From positions 32,001-96,000 of IMG/VR virus record IMGVR_UViG_3300035498_000530: a DNA stretch of 64,000 bases, one strand, 5' to 3'. The notes beneath the pieces were generated by a model. That model did no database searches, was not told the origin of the DNA, and saw nothing but the letters and a program-made list of their open reading frames with translations. This DNA comes from a virus (Duplodnaviria; Caudoviricetes). The translations under genes were made by a program, and so were the position numbers. Positions 20,521-30,664 of this stretch are shown in pieces. Each line of letters opens with the position of its first letter. Within the stretch, counting starts at the first letter, position 1.

Positions 20521-20958
20521 TTATTTCTTCTTTTTATATTCATCATAGTATGATAAATTAATATCTATTCCATTAAATCCTGGGGTGGATTCATATTCAG
20601 ATTTAAATCGATACAAACCATTGTTATGCTGTTCTGATTCTTCCGGATCTGGCTTTAGCCATTTATATATGAAATCTTTGATTTTGTATATTTCGATATC
20701 ATTTAAACTAAACATAACACGCAATTCGCCAATGTGTGGTATATCCATAATGGCAACAACGTCAGTTCTAATAATACTATCATCACTACCATGACCGCAT
20801 ACTTCATTTAATACTTCTTCAATAGATATATTATTATGCATTTGCTCATCAAACATAATATGTTTAGGATCATCATTTAAATTTTTTTCTTTTAATCTAC
20901 TAAGTCCATTTATAAGTGCATATGAGCATATTGTATCTTTATCTATAATAGTTTCCAT
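20521..20958 (-). CDS. Hypothetical protein (paralog of 20961-21416)
   Basis: IDKDT.CSY..IN and NNISIEE shared with the neighbour. Confidence 0.6.
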   Translation of the reverse strand: METIIDKDTICSYALINGLSRLKEKNLNDDPKHIMFDEQMHNNISIEEVLNEVCGHGSDDSIIRTDVVAIMDIPHIGELRVMFSLNDIEIYKIKDFIYKWLKPDPEESEQHNNGLYRFKSEYESTPGFNGIDINLSYYDEYKKKK

Positions 20959-20960
20959 AA

Positions 20961-21416
20961 TTATTCCCTCCGATATGTTAATTTCATCTTTATACCTCGA
21001 TGGTGATCAGAATTACTAAAATACTCCTTACTTTTAGTTTCAATAGTATCTAAATCTTCTCCTTCAAGTAACATTGAAAAATTTGTTAATGACTCATACA
21101 TAAAACGTCTAGCATCATTATTTATTCTAATATAATTCGCATTTACGGAATAACGCATATTTATTTTTCCTAATGATTCTATATCCATATCTATATCAGC
21201 TCCAGCTACCATATAACCACTATAATTATCAAATTTATTATTGAATCGTGGGAATACGATATTTGATATTTCTTCAATAGATATATTATTATACTCTTGA
21301 TTTCTCAATCTGATAGGATCCCCTGCCGTACTAGCATTCATCAAATTAGTAATATATAAAAAATTTGCTCTATTTATTTTTACATACGAGCATGTTGTAT
21401 CTTTATCTATCACCAT
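20961..21416 (-). CDS. Hypothetical protein (start corrected to 21416)
   Basis: AAGGAGG before the ATG at 21416; AACT-N6-TA at 21456-21445. Confidence 0.6.
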   Translation of the reverse strand: MVIDKDTTCSYVKINRANFLYITNLMNASTAGDPIRLRNQEYNNISIEEISNIVFPRFNNKFDNYSGYMVAGADIDMDIESLGKINMRYSVNANYIRINNDARRFMYESLTNFSMLLEGEDLDTIETKSKEYFSNSDHHRGIKMKLTYRRE

Positions 21417-21535
21417 AATATAATACCTCCTTTTTATTAGCATTTAATTAGTAGTTATTATTAATAATTTGACAAAAAATAAAGAGTGAGGACTAATCCC
21501 CACTCTAAATCTGTTAACTTTGTTTAACTGTATAT

Positions 21536-22045
21536 CTATTGATTGTTCCAACATTTTTTAAATAACGTGCTAACTTTGTTTACATTTATCGGCATATCCA
21601 TCCATAATACCTTATCCATATTATTTTTTTTATCATGATATTCCATGCGCATAAAAAATGACCATACTTGATCTTCTGAGCATATATCAAATATATGCTT
21701 TTCATATTTACCATGTTCATTTTTAGCCTTTTGATATTGCTCATCATTAGAGATACTATTTAAATTTTCTTTTAAAAATTTTATGATATCATCCTTAACA
21801 AAATAACCAGACTGATTAAATCTTGGTATTAGACTAATAAAAATAATAGTATTCTCCGCTCTAATATGGATATTTGGCATAATTCTATTATCTTCAATAT
21901 CATCCAGTATATCTTCAATAGAACTTATAATATCATCTTCTGAATGTATTGTTGTTTGTATCTTGTAGTGCATCAAAGAAATATTATAGCTAACTATTAT
22001 TTTTATTTTTTCTCCTTCGTTTTCTATTAACTTTAAGTTACTCAT
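21536..22045 (-). CDS. Hypothetical protein
   Basis: CAGGAGG RBS; 169 aa. Confidence 0.6.
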   Translation of the reverse strand: MSNLKLIENEGEKIKIIVSYNISLMHYKIQTTIHSEDDIISSIEDILDDIEDNRIMPNIHIRAENTIIFISLIPRFNQSGYFVKDDIIKFLKENLNSISNDEQYQKAKNEHGKYEKHIFDICSEDQVWSFFMRMEYHDKKNNMDKVLWMDMPINVNKVSTLFKKCWNNQ

Positions 22046-22115
22046 ATTATCAATCCTCCTGACAAATTAATCATTATTTAAGTAAAAATAAAAGGGAGCC
22101 GAAGCCCCCTATTTG

Positions 22116-22535
22116 TTATGCAATTTCTGCACCATTGATTCTAATAGTAGTAGTTATCTCGCAGTTGTTGTTGAATATTTTTTCTGAGTGAAACTTTGTT
22201 GTGCTCTTTTTATTCATAACACAATCTACTACTGTTTCTGAATTTAACTGGGATTCAAGAATTCTTTCGATCTCATTTCCAGCTATGTCATTATTTACAT
22301 ATTCATTTGTATTGAATGTTATAGAAATACTGGAATAAGAGCATACTGATATAGTAATCATAACAGTACCCTTTATATATTTACCAGCATGGTCAAGTGT
22401 CTTAAGAGTTGATTCTAACTCTTCTACAGATGATGATTCAAACCACTTAGTTCTTTTTACTGATGATGACTTTATAAAGTCATCAGTTATTTCTACATCC
22501 ATGTTTAAAAAAGTTTTAATAATATTATCAGCCAT
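22116..22535 (-). CDS. Hypothetical protein
   Basis: GGAGG RBS; downstream hairpin near 22094-22110. Confidence 0.6.
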   Translation of the reverse strand: MADNIIKTFLNMDVEITDDFIKSSSVKRTKWFESSSVEELESTLKTLDHAGKYIKGTVMITISVCSYSSISITFNTNEYVNNDIAGNEIERILESQLNSETVVDCVMNKKSTTKFHSEKIFNNNCEITTTIRINGAEIA

Positions 22536-22553
22536 AATTGTTTACCTCCAGAC

Positions 22554-23231
22554 TTATCTTCTAACTTCTATTTCCATGTACATACCATCAGTGATTACAG
22601 ACCTGTATACAGGCTTAGTTCTATCGTTAAGAATATGATCATCGATCTCATTCATACATCTTTTTATAGCTGAATCAAGTGTATTTTTACTTAAATTATT
22701 TGAGTGCATAAATATTCTCACGATTTCGCCATTGGCGAGTTTTCCATTAATTGTAAAAACGCCAGAATCTATACTATCGGATTCTCCCATAAAAATATCT
22801 TCATTTATTATATCAAAGATATTTTTATAATTGTTCAGTTCGATGAGTTTATTATTTGTGCAATAGCATCCCTGAAAATCATTTAATACAATATCGGTTT
22901 TTATAACTGGATCAAAGATATATCTGGGATTACTATAAGCAATACTATCTGGGTCTGGTTTACAACCATCAGGACTTACATTTTTTTCTTCTATTACAGA
23001 AGCTTTGATGGTTTCTTTGAAAGTATCCTTGATAGTCTTTCCAAGATCCTCAACCGTGATATCTTTGCAACTAATGTTGATACCACACTCAACATTTTCA
23101 AACTTGTAAGAGGTTTGACGTTTCTTGCTTTCTCCGTTTTCCTCTTTTAACATTGTTTTAACCACGTTACCATTAAACTTTACACTTATTTCAATTGCAC
23201 CGTTGATCTTTCTTGTTGTGTTATCTGTCAT
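22554..23231 (-). CDS. Hypothetical early protein
   Basis: GAGGT RBS; early motif at 23395-23404. Confidence 0.6.
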   Translation of the reverse strand: MTDNTTRKINGAIEISVKFNGNVVKTMLKEENGESKKRQTSYKFENVECGINISCKDITVEDLGKTIKDTFKETIKASVIEEKNVSPDGCKPDPDSIAYSNPRYIFDPVIKTDIVLNDFQGCYCTNNKLIELNNYKNIFDIINEDIFMGESDSIDSGVFTINGKLANGEIVRIFMHSNNLSKNTLDSAIKRCMNEIDDHILNDRTKPVYRSVITDGMYMEIEVRR

Positions 23232-23485
23232 AATATTACCTCACTTATTATAGTGGCTCTTGGTCTTAGATTTTATTATTAGTATAACCTCCACCACTGT
23301 TGTTTATCTGTATATATTACTTATCCATACCTAGGAACATAGTAATTATACTATATGACAATACTATATAAGATACATGTATCTTATTCACAGTTATAAT
23401 ATACAACTAATAATACCTACTTTTACAAAAGTCCATTATGGTTGAAACGGTAAACATACCAATAATAAAGAAAGGAGGATATACA

Positions 23486-26191
23486 ATGAGTATAAACTTA
23501 GATCTAGTCGCAACAGAAAATCCATTTGTTGATGAAATAATGTATTATACTAAAATACTTACATATAATGCTGTCGTCAAAGATGAGGACAGAGCTTCGG
23601 CTAAAGAAACAGATGAATCAATAGATAACTGGAGAAAATATAGAGCTTGTATGGAAAATAGAGTTCGATTTTCTACGTTATCAGATATGATAACAAAAGA
23701 CATGCTTACTCCACAAAGAGATGGAGTTCCAGAAGTAGGAATACCAGTAGCATTAGCAACATCAGATTCTGAAGATGCTGTAGAAGGAGATCTTCTTGGT
23801 GGTATAACAAGAATCCATAAATATAGATTTGTTGCTTTGTATAATGACGATGGAACTCCAATGGTTGATGATGAAGGATTTGGTATGGTTGATAATAGTG
23901 AAATACTCCCAGGAGATCCAGACTTTGTTTTAGAGGAAGAGTATGTGGATATAGATCAATATATAGAAGATCCAAATTTATTTCCTGATGAAATTAAAGA
24001 GTATCTAACTGAGTATCTCAAAGAGAAATTTATCAATGAATTCGTTGAATTGAATGATTATTATAGAATGCTTAATGGTCTACCAGATTGTGATGACCCA
24101 GGAATAGATATAAGGGATTATTACTCTGCTGTAGGAATAGATGAAACTACAGAAGAAGGTCAATTAATTATATCTAACTTAGAGTCTGTATCTTTTGAAA
24201 ATCGTATAGACCAACCGTACTATATACATGAATTGGATTCTAATGCATTAGCATTAGTAATAGGATATGGTATCTTTGATGCTATAAAAGAAGATTATCC
24301 AAAAAAGAAATACTTAGATCATTTATCAGAAGCGAAGATAGATATATACACTGCTAGATTAGCATACAACTTTCAATTATTATATCTACCAGATGTCGAA
24401 CTTAATGAGATAAGAGAAAGATATAAAGAGAGATATGAAATAAATAGAAATGTTGTAATCAAAACTGTATATTCTGAAGCTATGAAATATGATTCAGATT
24501 ACTACAATGAGTTTATCATTATATATATTCTTATACATACAATGATAGACATATTATGTCGTATACAGGAAATTATTCTTAGAAGAGAGTTTATAGATTC
24601 TAGATGTATAAAGTATATATTTAGTATGTATCAGATTCCATACTATGAAGAAATTCCTGTAAAGTATCAAATAAATCTTATGAAGAATATAAACAATCTT
24701 CTTAAGTTTAAATCTACAGAAAAGAATATGACTGATATCTGTGCATTATTCGGATTCAAGAATATAGATATATATCGTTACTATATTCTTAAGAGAAGAA
24801 ATAGAACAGAAGAAGATTATTATGTAGATGAAACCATAGGAGATAATCATGATCCTTTGAGCGAATATGAGATGAACTTTATAAAAGTCCCATTAGGAGA
24901 TTCTGCTGATTTATACATAAAGGAAGATGAAAATTATCTTAGTTATGATGAAGTAACAAAAGCAGATGACTATTGGGATGGAGAAATATCTCATGATAAA
25001 ATTAAAAAAGAACATGCATTGGAAGAATTTGTATACAGAAAGAGTAAATATCTTTCTGTAGATACTATAAATGATATTGCTAAGAGCTCATTTGAATCTA
25101 GTTATTTCAATGGAATATTATTCGATGAATTTAACTTAGATGGAGTTCATAGTAATGATGGAGAAGAATATCATATACACTCTCAAAGAGAGGATAATTT
25201 ATTGATATCTGTTCCTTTGATAAGCACAAGCCAGAGTTTCCAATTAGCACATTTATTTGTGCTTATGTATGATTTAGCATTTGCTTATTATGGAATAGAT
25301 TCTACAATACAATATGATATAGATAATATACTTTATGTCTTAGGATTTAACTTTACTGATATCACTAATAGATTTAATGATTTAGCAGAAGATCTTAGAC
25401 GTAGAGGATATAATATACAAAAAATGCTTGATAATGACAATGATGAATCTACAGATCCATTACATATTCAAGACACGTTTAATATAAAAACCAGTTCTGA
25501 AACAGATATGATTTTTACAGCAAAGAATCTTGTAGAATTATTTAATTATAATATGGAATTCAGACAATATCTTTGTGAAGAAATGTATAACGCTCAGACA
25601 TGGGAAGACTATAGAGCTTTTGAAGAAATATATGATGCATTTATGATCTCTAAGTATAATAGAGATTACTTTGCAAAGAATGATTCTCCAAAAGATATAG
25701 GTGATTATTATGAAACATTGACAGACTATCTTAGAGTAAAAGACCCTAAATTGTATAACTGTGCTATAGAAGTTAGAAATATGACAGATGAAAAGTCTAA
25801 GATAAAAAGAATAAATGCTCTTATGTATAATATTACACAGAGTATAGATCTTGTTCTTAAAGATGAAGATTTATCTAGTAGCATATATACTAATCTTCCA
25901 GGTGTTAGTGCAGAATTCGTTAGGGAATATATGGCTAAGATAATAAACTTCTTTAAGTCATTTAGAGTTCAAATATATAATGTAAATTCAGTTCTTCAAT
26001 TCGGATCAGATGATTATGGTAAGTATCTTACTTATATTAGATACAATGATCGTATTGGAGATATTACATCTTATATGAGAAAATATGATCACTATGATAT
26101 GAAAGATGACATGCAAAAATTAATCAATATTGAAAAGACTGATAAGTTCAGCATGTTTGACAAAATCAAAATAACAAAAACATATAAATAA
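23486..26191 (+). CDS. Large virion structural protein (baseplate-like; start corrected to 23486)
   Basis: AAAGGAGG before 23486; late motif at 23453; LLKFKSTEK..DI..LFG resembles baseplate-wedge/P2-I-like segments. Confidence 0.55.
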   Translation: MSINLDLVATENPFVDEIMYYTKILTYNAVVKDEDRASAKETDESIDNWRKYRACMENRVRFSTLSDMITKDMLTPQRDGVPEVGIPVALATSDSEDAVEGDLLGGITRIHKYRFVALYNDDGTPMVDDEGFGMVDNSEILPGDPDFVLEEEYVDIDQYIEDPNLFPDEIKEYLTEYLKEKFINEFVELNDYYRMLNGLPDCDDPGIDIRDYYSAVGIDETTEEGQLIISNLESVSFENRIDQPYYIHELDSNALALVIGYGIFDAIKEDYPKKKYLDHLSEAKIDIYTARLAYNFQLLYLPDVELNEIRERYKERYEINRNVVIKTVYSEAMKYDSDYYNEFIIIYILIHTMIDILCRIQEIILRREFIDSRCIKYIFSMYQIPYYEEIPVKYQINLMKNINNLLKFKSTEKNMTDICALFGFKNIDIYRYYILKRRNRTEEDYYVDETIGDNHDPLSEYEMNFIKVPLGDSADLYIKEDENYLSYDEVTKADDYWDGEISHDKIKKEHALEEFVYRKSKYLSVDTINDIAKSSFESSYFNGILFDEFNLDGVHSNDGEEYHIHSQREDNLLISVPLISTSQSFQLAHLFVLMYDLAFAYYGIDSTIQYDIDNILYVLGFNFTDITNRFNDLAEDLRRRGYNIQKMLDNDNDESTDPLHIQDTFNIKTSSETDMIFTAKNLVELFNYNMEFRQYLCEEMYNAQTWEDYRAFEEIYDAFMISKYNRDYFAKNDSPKDIGDYYETLTDYLRVKDPKLYNCAIEVRNMTDEKSKIKRINALMYNITQSIDLVLKDEDLSSSIYTNLPGVSAEFVREYMAKIINFFKSFRVQIYNVNSVLQFGSDDYGKYLTYIRYNDRIGDITSYMRKYDHYDMKDDMQKLINIEKTDKFSMFDKIKITKTYK

Positions 26192-26211
26192 TATTATTGG
26201 AGGTATACATA

Positions 26212-27246
26212 ATGAATAAAAATAGATTTCTAATTGATAATTTTGAAATGAAAGATAGCTCTACCTTATCTACTCCTCCACATAGTCCCTTTAGAAAAAC
26301 AGAAGTGACTTTTTATGTAGCAGGAACAGATAAAGTTATATGGAAAGGTAGCAACAGAAGTGTTTTAGGTGGTGCTCCATTTACAGCTTATGATCAATTT
26401 GAAATAACAGACCCTAGTGGATACGATCTTAGAGAATGCATGGTTAATTATGATTATTTCTCTACAGATGGTGGAACAGATGATTCATCTATATTTAAAT
26501 TAGCCGATACTGAAGTTCTTAATACTCAAGAGGCTAAGATAAATGAATCTAAATGTTATTTATGGTGCATAGGCAAAGGAGGAACAGTATCTAATCCTAC
26601 CCAGCTTATAGCTAATGAATTTGCATCTTGGATATGGCCTACAGATCTTATCCCATTTAGGACTCTTAAAGACCCTATAGGAACAGGATCCAATGAGGAC
26701 TTGATTGGAAAGTATTATGGATCAAGATATATTGCAGGAGTAACAGATTCAGATCAGACTTATTATGCTTATTATTTCAAGAAGATAACTAACGCTTCAG
26801 CTAAAGTAAGAATTAATGGTGACGGATATTCTATTACTGATGCTGTAGCAGATTCTTCTGCAATTAAGAAGCAGCTTGAGTCTAGATATAGAGCTAAACA
26901 TGGATTGGGTGTACCTGAGGACACAAATAATCTTGGCTTAAGATATTATAATACTCATGAAACAGAGTTTTATACAGAACTTAAACTTAGCATCACAACA
27001 ACAGAACTGAGAGAGTGGTTTCTTATTACTGATAACGATAATGTTAATCCAGATAATACACCTCTCAGTAGTGCAATTGTAGATTCATTATCACTGTGCC
27101 AGGCAACTCCAATATATAATAAAGATGATTATACTAAGCCGGTGGCTTTTAAAAATATAACTCCAATGACCAAGCTTAATTTCTATTCAGAAAATATTGG
27201 AGACTTGGACAAAGGTATAGATATTGTATACCAGCTATATTATTGA
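26212..27246 (+). CDS. Putative baseplate/structural protein (start corrected to 26212)
   Basis: GGAGG before 26212; WCIGKGG...IPFR...YYFKK pattern of jumbo-phage baseplate proteins. Confidence 0.5.
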   Translation: MNKNRFLIDNFEMKDSSTLSTPPHSPFRKTEVTFYVAGTDKVIWKGSNRSVLGGAPFTAYDQFEITDPSGYDLRECMVNYDYFSTDGGTDDSSIFKLADTEVLNTQEAKINESKCYLWCIGKGGTVSNPTQLIANEFASWIWPTDLIPFRTLKDPIGTGSNEDLIGKYYGSRYIAGVTDSDQTYYAYYFKKITNASAKVRINGDGYSITDAVADSSAIKKQLESRYRAKHGLGVPEDTNNLGLRYYNTHETEFYTELKLSITTTELREWFLITDNDNVNPDNTPLSSAIVDSLSLCQATPIYNKDDYTKPVAFKNITPMTKLNFYSENIGDLDKGIDIVYQLYY

Positions 27247-27303
27247 TAAATTGTGGGAATGTAGTTCAATACTTCATTCCCGATTTTTATTGGAGGGATT
27301 AAA

Positions 27304-28533
27304 ATGTCACAAAAAAGAAAGGCTAGAGAGATCACCAAGCAAGAGGAAATTGATTTCTTCTTGAACTTGACAGAAGACGAATGTATTAAAACTTCATTTA
27401 TCGCAGAGAATTTTGGTATATTTGAAAACGGTAAATCTAAATACAATACGTACGATATAATAACAATACCACCAGGATCATATAGTTTAGGTGATAAGAA
27501 AAATACAAAACCGTTTAGAACAACACTCGGATTATGGGTGTTTAATAAAGGACTAATCGAGAAAGACTTTGGTAATATACTTGGTTACATAAATACTCCT
27601 ATAACCAAAAAAGGCTTAGGTAAGATCAATAAAGAATTATCATATGCCTTAATGGAAGATAAGATTACTATAGATCAACTGAAGACATTTATAATGAAAA
27701 CACAAAAGTGTCAAGCATTTGTAACTATACTGTCTTCTAATCAAACATTAGATATTCTTTTGTGCTCTAAAAGGATTGAAAGTAAGAAAAAAGAGCTCGC
27801 TAAGAAATATGAAAAAGAATTAGCTGATGGCGATTTGGTAACAGTAACAAAAATGGAAGAAGAACTTTTAGATTATGCTAAAGATCTATTGGATGGCGAT
27901 CCATCATTAGATTATTTTGATTCTGGAGCTGCCGGTTCTTATGGCAATAACTTCAAGAATATGTATGTAATGAAAGGTGCCATGAAGGATCCAGATCCAA
28001 CTAAAGGTTATAACGTAGCGCTATCATGTTATTCTAGCGGTATATCAAAGGACGAGTACCCAATTGTGGCAAATAGCTTAGCAGCTGGTCCTTACGCTAG
28101 AGGTAAGAAAACGAAAAATGGTGGATATTTGGAAAAGCTTCTCTTATCAGCTTGCCAACATATTGTTCTTGATGAACCAGGTTCAGACTGTGGTACTAAA
28201 AGATGTGTTACAGTTCATTTAACTGAAGCAAATGTTTCAGATTGGATGTACTCATATATATCTGAAGGATCAAGATTAATAGAACTTACTTCACAGAACA
28301 AAGATAAATATATTGGTAAAACCGTTAAGTTCAGATATTCCAGTCTATGCGAAAACGAGCATATATGTAATAAATGTGCTGGTAATCTTTATTATAGATT
28401 GGGAATTAAAAACGTAGGAAGCACTATGCCACAGATAGGTTCAACGCTTAAAAATATAGCTATGAAAGCATTCCATGATTCAGTTCCGGTACTTACTGAA
28501 ATGGATCCCATGAAGGCTTTCGGTATTAATTAA
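27304..28533 (+). CDS. rpoC: Phage multisubunit RNA polymerase beta' subunit, C-terminal half
   Basis: SGAAGS, bridge helix RGKKTKNGGYLEK, DCGT, second Zn site C..ICNKCAG, trigger loop QIGSTLKNIAMKAFH. Confidence 0.9.
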   Translation: MSQKRKAREITKQEEIDFFLNLTEDECIKTSFIAENFGIFENGKSKYNTYDIITIPPGSYSLGDKKNTKPFRTTLGLWVFNKGLIEKDFGNILGYINTPITKKGLGKINKELSYALMEDKITIDQLKTFIMKTQKCQAFVTILSSNQTLDILLCSKRIESKKKELAKKYEKELADGDLVTVTKMEEELLDYAKDLLDGDPSLDYFDSGAAGSYGNNFKNMYVMKGAMKDPDPTKGYNVALSCYSSGISKDEYPIVANSLAAGPYARGKKTKNGGYLEKLLLSACQHIVLDEPGSDCGTKRCVTVHLTEANVSDWMYSYISEGSRLIELTSQNKDKYIGKTVKFRYSSLCENEHICNKCAGNLYYRLGIKNVGSTMPQIGSTLKNIAMKAFHDSVPVLTEMDPMKAFGIN

Positions 28534-28549
28534 GAAGGAGGTCCTATGT

Positions 28550-28603
28550 ATGATGGCAGCATTTGGGATTTGTATATTTATAATGGCAATAGTTTTGCTA
28601 TAA
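28550..28603 (+). CDS. Putative 17-aa hydrophobic peptide
   Basis: AAGGAGG-N8-ATG; MMAAFGICIFIMAIVLL; followed by hairpin 28621-28644. Confidence 0.35.
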   Translation: MMAAFGICIFIMAIVLL

Positions 28604-28651
28604 TTTAGCAAAAAATAAACCCCGTAGGTAATAATACCTACGGGGGACTTG

Positions 28652-29464
28652 TTATCTATTTGAGAAATACATATTAGATAATAGCTTATATAAATATATA
28701 ATTATGTTCATATTATAAGATATATCTAAAGATCTTTTATCTTCTTCTGATATATGATCAGCATAATATTCGCCTGAGACGAGATTCATACCAAATTTAT
28801 ACTTAGATATAGATGAAAATTCTCTATAGAATTGATGTACGAATTCATAGTTAGTATAATTACTATAAGTATTTTTTACTACATCTATTGCCTGAGGAAT
28901 ATCATCAAATCTTTGTAATATATAGAACACTACTGTTAAAAAATCTAGGAAATATCCTTTATGATACTCTAGTGCTTTTTCTCCAATACCTTTGACATCT
29001 AAGATATCTTCTTTAGAGATATTATCATATCTATAATAACACTCTAATTTGTTTCTAGGTGTTGGTATTTTATAAAAACTATTATATATATTTTTCAAAG
29101 AGAACCTAAAGTCACCGAAATGTGTATACTTAGGCTCCCTATTAATCACAAAAACAGCATCATTCTTAATAGCAAGTACATCATTATTTGAAATAGCATT
29201 TTGCTCGAAAAATTGCCGTTTTGCATAAATAATACCTTGCTGAATAGATTTATATATAGATTTATCATTCTTGATTTTAAGACCTACATATACTTCCCTT
29301 GAATGTTTATCAAGGGAGTTTAAATAATCATATTCTGATTTTGGTATTCTTTTTGTAAAGAGTAATGCATTTATATTAGCCTTAGATAAATCATATTCTA
29401 TTATAGTTGCATTCTTAATATAATCTATATCTAGCAAATAGTTTACATTCTCGTATAGTTCCAT
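28652..29464 (-). CDS. Small family-B DNA polymerase-like palm protein
   Basis: IIEYDLSKAN (motif A-like), LAIKNDAVFV (motif C-like), VKGIG; only 270 aa. Confidence 0.45.
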   Translation of the reverse strand: MELYENVNYLLDIDYIKNATIIEYDLSKANINALLFTKRIPKSEYDYLNSLDKHSREVYVGLKIKNDKSIYKSIQQGIIYAKRQFFEQNAISNNDVLAIKNDAVFVINREPKYTHFGDFRFSLKNIYNSFYKIPTPRNKLECYYRYDNISKEDILDVKGIGEKALEYHKGYFLDFLTVVFYILQRFDDIPQAIDVVKNTYSNYTNYEFVHQFYREFSSISKYKFGMNLVSGEYYADHISEEDKRSLDISYNMNIIIYLYKLLSNMYFSNR

Positions 29465-29949
29465 TATACAATACCTCTTTCTATTAATATCCTAAGATAT
29501 CTATCTCGATCTTGTCCGAAATTGTATAATCCTTCTAAGCTAAGAGAAGTATCAACTAATCCTTCAAGATCAGATGTATCATGTATATAATTTGCTATAA
29601 TTCCATATCTTTGTTGAAGAATCTTTATAATAGATTCTGTTAAAATATCTTTAGAGTTAGTATCATTATCTATAAGAATATATACGTCTTCTCCTTCATA
29701 TACATCCACTACTATTGACATAATCTCTAAAAAAGAATCATTGTTGCCATATACATAATTTATATACTCATTGTCGAATAGAACTTCATCACCAAAATCT
29801 ACTCCATTTATACGAAAAGCAGGAATCAGATAATGTAATCTGGTTCCTGCCTCTACTATAGATAGAAGATTATAAACTTTGGTAAACATATTTCCACTTC
29901 TTCTGAGTATATCTATATCTCCAAATACAATTTTCATATTATACCTCAC
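29464..29949 (-). CDS. Hypothetical protein (weak paralog of 29939-30652)
   Basis: Coupled ORF; LIP....F..EY..YV....F..I...YG pattern shared with the neighbour. Confidence 0.55.
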   Translation of the reverse strand: MRYNMKIVFGDIDILRRSGNMFTKVYNLLSIVEAGTRLHYLIPAFRINGVDFGDEVLFDNEYINYVYGNNDSFLEIMSIVVDVYEGEDVYILIDNDTNSKDILTESIIKILQQRYGIIANYIHDTSDLEGLVDTSLSLEGLYNFGQDRDRYLRILIERGIV

Positions 29950-30652
29950 ATAACGGGTTCTTTAAAAGTTTACCCGCTTTCTTACTAGATTCAAAGATAT
30001 TATTGTAATAATCACTAACCTCAGCAAATGTAGCATTACCATGACCAATAAATGGCCTATATTTATTATACAGTATTGATACTATTTCCGGAGGTAATAA
30101 TATATTACGTGAAGTATCTATAGTATACTCCTTATATAAGTCTTCTGTAGACATATATCCATATATAAATAGATTTGCCACTATTGCATTGATTGCAAGT
30201 GGTGGTTCTACTATAAATGAAAATGTATGATTATTCTGAACACAAAATGCAAACTCATTTACATTAGTCAGCATTGGTATATTTATACCATACTTTGACA
30301 TGATATATCTTGAGAATGTATCAAAATATCCAGCATCTTCATTTCCACAATAGAAGATAATATTAGTTCCTCTGAGAATTGTAGCTGCAAATAGCATACA
30401 GATAAAATCTGTTGGTTCTCTAGAATCTAAATATAATGAATATTGATATTCATACTCATTTATATTTCCATTTATCATATAATCCAATGCAGTATAAGGG
30501 GGGAGTAATATACTCCCCATAAATGCATTTGGATATGATAATAAATTAGAATACTTTGATTCTTCATCATCAATTATAATCAAACAAGCTTGGTGAATAC
30601 CAGCTTGTATTATTGAATTAATAACTTCTGAATCTTTAGTTACATACAACAT
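29939..30652 (-). CDS. Hypothetical protein
   Basis: AAGGAG RBS; 237 aa. Confidence 0.6.
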   Translation of the reverse strand: MLYVTKDSEVINSIIQAGIHQACLIIIDDEESKYSNLLSYPNAFMGSILLPPYTALDYMINGNINEYEYQYSLYLDSREPTDFICMLFAATILRGTNIIFYCGNEDAGYFDTFSRYIMSKYGINIPMLTNVNEFAFCVQNNHTFSFIVEPPLAINAIVANLFIYGYMSTEDLYKEYTIDTSRNILLPPEIVSILYNKYRPFIGHGNATFAEVSDYYNNIFESSKKAGKLLKNPLCEV

Positions 30653-30664
30653 ATCCTACACTCC

